From Candidatus Peribacteria bacterium (GTDB lineage: Bacteria; Patescibacteriota; Gracilibacteria; Peribacterales; Peribacteraceae), in the NCBI GenBank assembly GCA_041691135.1, contig JBEPVF010000001.1, forward strand, positions 1 through 64,000: DNA of 64,000 bases. Reading direction: 5' to 3'. The notes below the pieces were generated by a model. That model made no database searches. It saw only the letters and a program-made list of their open reading frames with translations, and had not been told where the DNA came from. The translations under genes and the position numbers were made by a program. Shown piece after piece: positions 18,125 to 26,022 of the stretch. The stretch's first letter is position 1. Every line of letters begins with the position of its first letter.

Positions 18125-19681
18125 TCACCGTCTTTGTCGAATCAGTTTAACAACCAGCCCGGCCCACCATTCAAAACAGACAGCCTTCTTCTCAGCCTGA
18201 CGGAAAGGAGCTCTTGGCTGCCAGCTCAAGATTTTTGCTTGTACGGAATAGTTCGATGCAAAGGAATTGAGAATCGCCTGCCTGATTTTGGGCGATCCAT
18301 ATAGAAATGCTTCTCGAAGCAGATCCATGAGTTCAAAGCTGCGTATGACTTTTTCGATCCACGCTGTACCTCTATCGTGGAGCTGGTTTGTAGCAGCCTG
18401 CAATTCATCGCGCCGTGCTTTGAGCTGGGATAGCTGGACATCTACGGCATCAGCCATGCCCATCTCGACTGCCTTATCGCGCTGACGAAAGAGAGAACCT
18501 ATTTCCTGCTGCACCTTGGCGTATTCGGCTTGCAGGCTTTCTCGACGTTCAATTTCGTTCTCGCTTTTCTCCTCGTGGATTTTCAACAGTCTTTCCCTAA
18601 GGTTTCCTAAATCGCTCTGGCTCAAAGTCACCTCAGAAAGAATGCCATGCAATTGAGCCTCTACTTCGTTTTGTGAGATTATGACTCCACATTTGGTTTC
18701 TGAGTTTTTGCATTCGTAGTAAATGTACTTTCCCTTAGCTCGATATGAGCAAAGTGAGCGGCCGCAGAGCGGGCAACGAAGTACGTTTGCGTAATGGAAA
18801 AGCTCACGGAGTGTTGGAATCTTTGGACGAGCCGCATTGCTGTTTCGCCCCGCAAGGACAAGTTGCGTACGATTCCACAGGTCTTCAGGCACGATGGCTT
18901 TGTGACGCCCCTTGCTAATTTTGTTGTTGAACCGGACGCAGCCTTTGTAGATGGGGTCATGGAGGATGTTGTTAATGGCTGTGACTCCTAGGACATTGTT
19001 TCTCTTGCTCCGGAGGCCAATTCTTTTCGCTTCTTTTACCAAGTCTCGCAAGGAATAGCTGCCGCTTATAACTAGTTGAAAGAGGCGTAGGATATGCGGA
19101 GCACGCTCAGGATCCACTTCCAATACAGGAGTGCCATCGGGCAGTTTGATGTTGTTGTACCCCGGTCCCACCGGCCCCATATGTTTCCCTTCCGCAGAAC
19201 GCATTTCCATAGCTTTCAAAATACGGTCGCCTTTGTCCCTACTGTCTTTCCAGCTCATGGCGTTCTCTAGGGTGAGCATGAAGATGGTGTTGGAGTCTGC
19301 ACCTGTGTAGCGTTTCCCGTCTGTGATATCCATCGCCTGGATTCCTCCATCGACGAGGCGCTGCACAAAGGCCCCTGAATCAGCGTGGTTGCGGCTGATG
19401 CGATTGGGATGAACGACGATGATCCCTCTCACCTCTCCCTTGTCTGCCATCGTCATTATCTGATTGAACGTGGGACGACCCGGACGGTATGCGCTCTGCG
19501 ACTCTTCCATTACTTTCAAAGGATAATGAGCTGTGTCTGGCAGTGTTGCGTGATGCCCCTCGATCATTTGTCGTTGGTCTTGCAATGTATGCACCTGCTT
19601 ATCTTCTGTATCGGTTGATTTTCGACAGTACCCGATCCAGTACTGAGTGGCAGCCTGTGTTTTCTTCTTTTTCCGTGGCAT
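18125..19681 (-). CDS. large serine recombinase/integrase of island B (LSR-B), with a non-native C-terminus
   Basis: YCRKST, PNRISRN, DPIYKG, H.AIV, CPLCG...YYEC...C; the last codons read antisense through the tRNA 3' end and attR-A. Confidence 0.93.
   Translation of the reverse strand: MPRKKKKTQAATQYWIGYCRKSTDTEDKQVHTLQDQRQMIEGHHATLPDTAHYPLKVMEESQSAYRPGRPTFNQIMTMADKGEVRGIIVVHPNRISRNHADSGAFVQRLVDGGIQAMDITDGKRYTGADSNTIFMLTLENAMSWKDSRDKGDRILKAMEMRSAEGKHMGPVGPGYNNIKLPDGTPVLEVDPERAPHILRLFQLVISGSYSLRDLVKEAKRIGLRSKRNNVLGVTAINNILHDPIYKGCVRFNNKISKGRHKAIVPEDLWNRTQLVLAGRNSNAARPKIPTLRELFHYANVLRCPLCGRSLCSYRAKGKYIYYECKNSETKCGVIISQNEVEAQLHGILSEVTLSQSDLGNLRERLLKIHEEKSENEIERRESLQAEYAKVQQEIGSLFRQRDKAVEMGMADAVDVQLSQLKARRDELQAATNQLHDRGTAWIEKVIRSFELMDLLREAFLYGSPKIRQAILNSFASNYSVQAKILSWQPRAPFRQAEKKAVCFEWWAGLVVKLIRQRR
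18129..18180. other. attR of island A (CC at 18154-18155), overlapping the remnant of attL of island B
   Basis: CGTCTTTGTCGAATCAGTTT-AACAA-CC followed by the tRNA 3' strand. Confidence 0.88.
18154..18169 (+). pseudogene. 3' part of the split host tRNA-Tyr
   Basis: CCAGC-CCGGCCC-ACCA pairs with GCTGG (2294-2298) and GGGTCGG (2236-2242); it does not match the T-stem of the copy at 2449. Confidence 0.93.
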
Positions 19682-19686
19682 AGAGG

Positions 19687-19790
19687 GGAGTGGGAAGCTT
19701 GTTAATCACCTGTTATTTACCTGTTAATTCAATGCCCACAGTGGGCGCTCCAGCTTCCCACTCCGCATAGACGGCGTGGTGGAGCGCCCA
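19687..19790 (-). promoter_or_regulatory. structured leader/operator upstream of LSR-B
   Basis: Two perfect interleaved inverted repeats (13 bp and 11 bp) plus three TGTTA repeats at 11-bp period. Confidence 0.6.
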
Positions 19791-19792
19791 TT

Positions 19793-20437
19793 CTAGGCAC
19801 TTGAAACAACGTCTAAGGTCGGAAGTGGGAAGCACTGACTAGCATACAACTGTGTCGGCATGGTACGCGAGAGATACTCGGAAATCGTGCTGAATTTTGC
19901 CTCGTGATGTACCCAAGGAGCCAATGGTGTCGTGATATATGAGGGGACTAAGTACTCATGGCATTCCAAAGAACTTGCTACGGCACGAAGTGGTAATTCT
20001 TCGATGGAATCCGGCAGGTCAGGGACGACAATTTCCACTTTCATCACTGGATCCGGCTCAAACTTGTAGGCGTGAATCAGAAAGGGTCTGCCATTCCACA
20101 GGATGCCGCGTGTGACGATAGGGTGCTGACGACTATGTCTATCAACACGCCTGGCTACTTCTGCTGCCAGCTTCGTCCAGTGGATTCTTTCGGAAGGCCA
20201 GAAAGGTGAGTGCTCCCAGCCTTCTAATTCATTGGAAGCTTTACGGAGCGTGCGAGCAGTCAGTTCTTCTCTCTTGAATAACCGATATACCTGCAAGATG
20301 TCTCCTCGGTCATGAATGGCGGCCGTATTCGCATGACGTAAGCAAATATTCCCCATGGAGTGGATCTCCATGAGGTAGTCGTGAATAGCTTCACTTGCGA
20401 GGGACAGGCCGTCGTTTGGATCATGGGCTTCTTCCAC
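19793..20437 (-). CDS. uncharacterised island protein, homologous to 2885-3652
   Basis: Shared motifs HPIV, GRPFLIHAY, KVEIV, PSYITT. Confidence 0.72.
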   Translation of the reverse strand: MEEAHDPNDGLSLASEAIHDYLMEIHSMGNICLRHANTAAIHDRGDILQVYRLFKREELTARTLRKASNELEGWEHSPFWPSERIHWTKLAAEVARRVDRHSRQHPIVTRGILWNGRPFLIHAYKFEPDPVMKVEIVVPDLPDSIEELPLRAVASSLECHEYLVPSYITTPLAPWVHHEAKFSTISEYLSRTMPTQLYASQCFPLPTLDVVSSA

Positions 20438-20490
20438 GATCCTATTTCTATCCTTGGGGTAGCTGCCATGCGTTGGTCACTGTTGGCAGT

Positions 20491-21618
20491 TCAGACTAGT
20501 CGCTCCACTCCGGGGGTAGTGCATTCAAAGAGGAGATCAGGCAGATTTTTTTGCCGCTTGGCCCATCGATTCAATGCTCTAACAGCCTGATAAAGCTTCT
20601 TCCAATTGCCGAAGGGATCGAGGTTATATGAGGTAGGTCGCCATTCATTCCAGATAGTTTCACAGTCCACGATGCTGCCAACTTGTTGGCAGTGAGCGTA
20701 GAGTTTGTCGCTCAGCTTCGCGTAATCATAATTTTTAGGAAGCAAAAATTCATCATCGTCATACTTTAGGCGGAAATCTCCTAAATATCGCACCGTCATT
20801 CTTCGGCTGTTGCTCTTTGGACTAGTAGATTGAGTCGCCTCCTGCTGCGCCATAAACAGCGTCAGATCCTTGTAGACCAACTCAAAGTCGTCTTTGATGC
20901 TCTTCACAGCTGGTTTGCCGATAATAAATTGTGGTCTTTGAATGGCATCATATACAGAATCAAAAGCACGAACATGGAGCGCGAACATCGATTGATTGAG
21001 GATCATATCCAACCGATCCATGTCTTCCTCGATCTTTTGAATCAAGTCGCTTGCCTCCGGCGTAACAGTCATTTTTGGAGGCTGAAGTTCAAGGTCTATA
21101 AATATGCGTATTACCTCGTATTGAACTAGAAAGGGGAAAGACGATGTACGGGTGAACGCCTCAATTTGATAAAAATGGTCGCCAAACATTCCGCCGAATA
21201 CTTCCCATTTTTCCCGATGCACAAAGAGGTCGAGCATCTGCTGTGAAGAAAGCCACTCAGGGTCCTTATGTCCCGACCTTGCCCAATGGTTGAAATGCTT
21301 TTCTTTCGATACAATTTTTTCTCGCTCGATCAACGGGTATAGGTCTTCCAGTGATTTATGAATTCCATCGATTAAATCAGTAAATTCCGAACTGACTGCT
21401 AGACGAGGATAAAATTCAGCTCTGCGCATAAATTCTTCGTGAAGGGCAAGATTTCTCCCTAGAAACGGGTAAAACTCATATACTAAGGCATTTCCGAACT
21501 GAGTCTCATTATCAAGAGACATGACGTGATCATGTATATCACCTAGTTCCTGCCGAATCAGCGAAGGAGTGGGAAGCATATCGCCATAATGGCAGATTCC
21601 TGCCTGTCTCAGAAGCAC
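20491..21618 (-). CDS. hypothetical protein, possible C-terminal winged HTH
   Basis: 375-aa ORF; C-terminal LYQAVRALNRWAK segment after a beta-hairpin-like region. Confidence 0.6.
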   Translation of the reverse strand: MLLRQAGICHYGDMLPTPSLIRQELGDIHDHVMSLDNETQFGNALVYEFYPFLGRNLALHEEFMRRAEFYPRLAVSSEFTDLIDGIHKSLEDLYPLIEREKIVSKEKHFNHWARSGHKDPEWLSSQQMLDLFVHREKWEVFGGMFGDHFYQIEAFTRTSSFPFLVQYEVIRIFIDLELQPPKMTVTPEASDLIQKIEEDMDRLDMILNQSMFALHVRAFDSVYDAIQRPQFIIGKPAVKSIKDDFELVYKDLTLFMAQQEATQSTSPKSNSRRMTVRYLGDFRLKYDDDEFLLPKNYDYAKLSDKLYAHCQQVGSIVDCETIWNEWRPTSYNLDPFGNWKKLYQAVRALNRWAKRQKNLPDLLFECTTPGVERLV

Positions 21619-21635
21619 CGAATTTTGCCGAATTT

Positions 21636-22220
21636 CTATAACCGGCTAAATAGCGCGTCATGCATTGCAATGATCTCTTCCGGGGAGTGATTGCCCTGTG
21701 CCTTCAGGTATCTCCTATATGACCGAGTTGGCATTCCACGGTAGTATTGGCGTTTTATCTGGGGGTACAACTGATCTGAGAGCCAGATATTTTTCAAGAC
21801 ACGGAACTTTTGGTCGTACCAGCACTGTGATTGATACCAGCAGCCTGTGCAGTGCCTGCAAACGTAGTACTTGCCCCAGTTGTAGAGGATACGACAGCGT
21901 CGGCCACAACCTACTACAGGGCATTGGAACCACCAGCGCTTAGCGCCGTAATTACAGGGCGTTGTAACCATAGAAATACGGTACTTCAAGGACTCCCATT
22001 CCTCCCCATGCCGTCTGTGCCGGTAATCAAGTTCCATGTAAAAATGGTCGTCATCACTCTGATCAAGGGAGTATCGAACGGACGATTGAACTACACCGTG
22101 CCGAAGCCAATTCAGGACACCTGAATGACTATGATTGTCGAGCAATTGCCATTCTTTGAATCGCTTCATGTCGATTGAATCAAGACTATCTATTTGTGTG
22201 CTGTCGGCGTATTTAGGCAT
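21636..22220 (-). CDS. Cys-rich zinc-finger protein typical of integrative elements
   Basis: PCNYG.KRWWFQCP..GCGRR..ILY...YVCRHC...YQSQ. Confidence 0.75.
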   Translation of the reverse strand: MPKYADSTQIDSLDSIDMKRFKEWQLLDNHSHSGVLNWLRHGVVQSSVRYSLDQSDDDHFYMELDYRHRRHGEEWESLKYRISMVTTPCNYGAKRWWFQCPVVGCGRRCRILYNWGKYYVCRHCTGCWYQSQCWYDQKFRVLKNIWLSDQLYPQIKRQYYRGMPTRSYRRYLKAQGNHSPEEIIAMHDALFSRL

Positions 22221-22328
22221 GTTGGGATCTCGAAATCATTAGAGATAGTATACCTCCTTGTTCTCCCTAAATTTAAATAAGACCAAAAGTGGTGGTAGAC
22301 TTTAAGTACCTATTCCCTTACTTGTTCA

Positions 22329-22712
22329 ATGAAAATCCACAATCAATTCTGGGGCTCTACGATTGGCTTGGCAGTTGGCTGGATAGCTATCCTGGCATTT
22401 TTTGGCGGGGCCGCCAAAGGTGAGCCGAATGCTTTCCTTGAAATGGGGCTGGCTTTACTATTTGGTACATATGCCTATCGTTCGTTAAAGCGTCGTCTCT
22501 TGGGACTTAAGGCGACAACGCGTTGGAGTGTACTATTAGAATATACATCTCTGTTTATCGTAGTTTGGGTTTTCTTAGGTGGATTAGGAAATGGCAGAGG
22601 AGTTGATAGGCCATTTGAGTATTTTATCTTTCCGCTTTGGACATTCATTGCTTACGTCTTTATAGCAATTGTGGGCAGAAAGAACGCATCTCAGTTGGTT
22701 ACTATTTCCTAA
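22329..22712 (+). CDS. 4-TM membrane protein
   Basis: Four hydrophobic segments in 127 aa. Confidence 0.7.
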   Translation: MKIHNQFWGSTIGLAVGWIAILAFFGGAAKGEPNAFLEMGLALLFGTYAYRSLKRRLLGLKATTRWSVLLEYTSLFIVVWVFLGGLGNGRGVDRPFEYFIFPLWTFIAYVFIAIVGRKNASQLVTIS

Positions 22713-22716
22713 GGGC

Positions 22717-23694
22717 ATGTCACTTATATATGGAATCAAAACCCAAGATGGAGTCTATTTGGCTTCTGATACGCGCTTAACTAAGAGAACCGATTCAGGT
22801 GCTGTTACTTACGAAGATGATTTTTGCAAATTCCATACCTTCGGAAAATTCATGTACTCGGTCGTCGCAGGCGACGCAAATTTGGCAAGTTACTTGCTGC
22901 AAAAAATTCATGCATCCGATCTAATAAAGTGTGGCTATTCCGAATTTAGAAAGAAAGTCGAAGAATTTATCAGAAATGAAGTAGGGCTCTACCCGAAAGT
23001 TTCACGTGCTCCTCATGTTGTATTCATATTTGCCGGTCAAGATCCAGACAGAAAGGATGAAATGAGTATGGATAAATGGAAGGAATACGCTTTGTTCATG
23101 CAAAATGGGCAGAACATTAGTGTTCCGGTGCGTATGACTGAACCCCTAAAAGAAGCCCTCTTAAAGGCGGCTACTGAAAAAAAACAGGGCAAGATTCTTG
23201 AGCTCAATAAACCATACATAGGTTTGTTTTCTCTTGAAGTTAAGGTGTCAAAAAGCATTGAAATAACGATTGTCGATTCTGAATGGGCAAGCTACTTGAT
23301 GTTTGGTCCAAAAGGACTCACAGCTAAAGACGCACCTCCTGATTTAGTCGTAAAGCTAGACTTAGGAAAGAAAAGTCCCGGCCTTACTAAACGTGAGGTA
23401 ATTTTTCAAAATACCGCCGAATTGATCTTTTTCTTCTTCAAAATGATTCCAAAACATAAGTTAAATACAGTGGGAGGCGCCATCTTCACAGCCTACATTG
23501 GTGAATGGGGTGCACTGTTTCCTGAAGGTGAACTAGGAATCTTGCAGCCAGATGGAAGTCCTCCCCAGCCTGTCAGCTATGTCTTAGAATATGAAGGAAA
23601 ATTCTGTGTGAAAACTGGCGATAAAATTAAACCCTTACGCTTTGTGAGTTCGTTCTATCAGTCAGGTAGTCAAATGGATCTAAGCCTTATTTAA
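22717..23694 (+). CDS. Ntn-hydrolase / proteasome beta-like fold protein
   Basis: M-SLIYGI...GVYLASDTRLT N-terminus, K(F)H..., AGD, TVGG.I; start reset to the ATG at 22717. Confidence 0.65.
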   Translation: MSLIYGIKTQDGVYLASDTRLTKRTDSGAVTYEDDFCKFHTFGKFMYSVVAGDANLASYLLQKIHASDLIKCGYSEFRKKVEEFIRNEVGLYPKVSRAPHVVFIFAGQDPDRKDEMSMDKWKEYALFMQNGQNISVPVRMTEPLKEALLKAATEKKQGKILELNKPYIGLFSLEVKVSKSIEITIVDSEWASYLMFGPKGLTAKDAPPDLVVKLDLGKKSPGLTKREVIFQNTAELIFFFFKMIPKHKLNTVGGAIFTAYIGEWGALFPEGELGILQPDGSPPQPVSYVLEYEGKFCVKTGDKIKPLRFVSSFYQSGSQMDLSLI

Positions 23695-23770
23695 CTCGCC
23701 ACCACCCTATAAATTAATTGCCTCTTATCCTCATAGACTCTTCTATTTAAACAGATAGAATCAACCATAC

Positions 23771-24175
23771 ATGTTTCAAAAGGGTTTTCTTCTCTTGGCC
23801 TTCGCCACAAACATCATCCTTGGCAGCGTTTGCATGATGCCAATGGCGATGGCCGCTGAACCGCTGCATAACGACGCAAATGTTATGGGGCAGATGGTGA
23901 CCCCTATCGCTCCTATGTCCCATGCCGACTGTACCCATTGTTCACATCGCTCAGAGAAAAAAGAACAAAAGCCTTCATCGTGTACCGGACACTGTCTCTC
24001 ACAGGCAACAAATGCGAATTCGACGAATGTGGTCGCAGGATCAACTCAATTGATAGCCACTCTCCCTACTGCCTTTCCGCTTCCATGGAGCGGGAATGAA
24101 AGTGCAGTGACGCCTCTGACGATCAATACATCACCACCGCTTAATCCCAGCCATTCTGTCGTGCTGAGATTGTGA
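23771..24175 (+). CDS. secreted Cys/His/Met-rich metal-binding protein
   Basis: Signal peptide, CMMPMAM, HADCTHCSH, CTGHC; first gene of the copper cluster. Confidence 0.6.
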   Translation: MFQKGFLLLAFATNIILGSVCMMPMAMAAEPLHNDANVMGQMVTPIAPMSHADCTHCSHRSEKKEQKPSSCTGHCLSQATNANSTNVVAGSTQLIATLPTAFPLPWSGNESAVTPLTINTSPPLNPSHSVVLRL

Positions 24176-24236
24176 AACAGGAAATATTTCTGCCGAGTCA
24201 TACTCACTATTGTTTTACCTGTTTTCACTTATCACT

Positions 24237-25598
24237 ATGATCGAATCATCACATCAGCGCTGCGCATCATTCCGTATAAACGGTATGACATGTGCCAGCT
24301 GCGAGCTTCTCTTGGAACGGAAACTTAAAGCGGTTACGGGCGTCAAAGAAGTGACTATCAATCACAGGACAGGCATCGCCCGGGTGACGGCTGACACCAA
24401 TGCACTCCCAAGCTATGAGCGTATTGCCTCGGTTATCCGCAAAGCTGGCTACTCGCTTGCCGACGAAGAAGCGCCGACAGTCTCGTCTGTTGCGCAGGAT
24501 AAACGAAAATGGATGGAGATTGGCGGCTCGCTTCTCATAATCTTTGCTGTCTATAAGTTCCTGCAAGCGTTTGATCTGGTATCACTGGCGCCTTCTACCT
24601 CTGGCGCACTTTCCTTCGGCGGAATCTTGGTCATCGGACTCGTGGCAGGGACTAGCAGTTGTTTAGCGGTAGCTGGTGGTCTGCTCATTGCCATGGCAGC
24701 CAAATACAATGAAGTCCATCAGGCAGAGACCACATGGGACAAGCTCAAACCGCTCTTACATTTCAATATAGGACGGCTGGCCTCTTACTTTTTCCTCGGC
24801 GGCCTCGTGGGATTACTGGGGCAATCCATCACACTCTCAACAAAGATGACGGGGTATATGAGTATCGGTATCGCGCTGGTGATGCTGTATCTCGCCCTCA
24901 CAATCCTCCAGCTCATTCCGAAGGGTAGCTTTCCCATCCGACCGCCCAAGCGTCTCTCTCACTGGATAGCAGGACTTTCCGAGAGCAGACACCCTGCGGC
25001 ACCTTTTGCTCTCGGTGCGCTGACATTCTTCTTACCGTGTGGCTTTACGCAATCGCTTCAGCTCGTCGCGCTGGCATCGGGGAGCTTTATCACTGGGGCA
25101 CTGACGATGTTCACGTTTGCGTTGGGGACACTGCCATCACTGCTCGGCATCAGTGCCATTTCCTCAATTGTCAGGGGAAACAATTCACGGCTACTCCTTC
25201 GCTTCGCCGGTACCTTCGTATTCGTATTGGCACTCGCCAATATCAATAGCGGGTTTGCCCTCACGGGAATCAATCTTGCATCGGCTTTCAGTAGTCCGCC
25301 GCAAGCTCCCGCCGTTGTACCTGTAATTAGTGGAAACGTGCAGGAGGTATCGATGAAAGTTACGACCGCTGGCTATGAGCCGAGCAACCTCACCATTAAG
25401 GCAGGCATTCCGGTGAAGTGGATGATCGACGGCAGCCAAGCGTACGGCTGCACCAGCCAGATCGTCATTCCCGAACTCAATGTGTCACAGTCGCTATCGC
25501 AAGGCATCAACGAAGTGAATTTTACGGCACCGAATCCGGGACAACTCGCGTTCAGTTGTTCGATGGGCATGGTGCGCGGTTCGTTTACCGTTATTTAA
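24237..25598 (+). CDS. HMA + DsbD_2/TauE-like membrane domain + cupredoxin-like domain protein
   Basis: GMTCASC, SSCLAVAGG, FNIGRL, FFLPCGFTQ, F.LGT.P, FSCSMGM. Confidence 0.88.
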   Translation: MIESSHQRCASFRINGMTCASCELLLERKLKAVTGVKEVTINHRTGIARVTADTNALPSYERIASVIRKAGYSLADEEAPTVSSVAQDKRKWMEIGGSLLIIFAVYKFLQAFDLVSLAPSTSGALSFGGILVIGLVAGTSSCLAVAGGLLIAMAAKYNEVHQAETTWDKLKPLLHFNIGRLASYFFLGGLVGLLGQSITLSTKMTGYMSIGIALVMLYLALTILQLIPKGSFPIRPPKRLSHWIAGLSESRHPAAPFALGALTFFLPCGFTQSLQLVALASGSFITGALTMFTFALGTLPSLLGISAISSIVRGNNSRLLLRFAGTFVFVLALANINSGFALTGINLASAFSSPPQAPAVVPVISGNVQEVSMKVTTAGYEPSNLTIKAGIPVKWMIDGSQAYGCTSQIVIPELNVSQSLSQGINEVNFTAPNPGQLAFSCSMGMVRGSFTVI

Positions 25599-25617
25599 TT
25601 TTTTTTCTTCCTTCTGT

Positions 25618-25782
25618 ATGGGTTCTCTCAATTGGCAAGATATTCCCGCTGAGTCTCCGTCGCCGTTGGCATCTGATTCTGCACATCCACTTACGGCGAG
25701 CTCATCGAGCCCATGGTTCGCTGTCACGATGGGGCTCATGGGCTTCATCGTTGGCTATATGCTGGCAAATCTCTCTTTCTAA
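25618..25782 (+). CDS. small single-TM protein (54 aa)
   Basis: ORF read manually; fills the operon gap; WFAVTMGLMGFIVGYML. Confidence 0.45.
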   Translation: MGSLNWQDIPAESPSPLASDSAHPLTASSSSPWFAVTMGLMGFIVGYMLANLSF

Positions 25783-25799
25783 TTCTTTCGCTTCTCCCT

Positions 25800-26015
25800 A
25801 TGAATACCACCGTCTCCATACCTGGTATCCACTGCCCATCCTGTGCGGCTCTTATCAAGGATGTCAGCAGTGAATTTCCAGCAATCAAGCAAATTGATGT
25901 TGATGTAAATACTAAGAAAGTCACGCTCGACCATGATGAAAACTTCGACATGCAGCAATGGACAACTGAAATCGAAGCTCTTGATGAGAAATACAAAGTT
26001 CAATCCGCTTCCTAA
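25800..26015 (+). CDS. copZ: copper chaperone (HMA domain)
   Basis: IPGIHCPSC, 71 aa, directly before the ATPase. Confidence 0.82.
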   Translation: MNTTVSIPGIHCPSCAALIKDVSSEFPAIKQIDVDVNTKKVTLDHDENFDMQQWTTEIEALDEKYKVQSAS

Positions 26016-26022
26016 TTTTACC

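Larger units (their letters stand above)
2308..18155. mobile_element. Island A: serine-integrase element (15,848 bp) inserted in the tRNA-Tyr T-arm
   Basis: Split tRNA halves rejoin exactly at CC; symmetric 52-bp attP; LSR gene ends 5 bp before attR; visibly more AT-rich than the flanking host genes. Confidence 0.92.
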
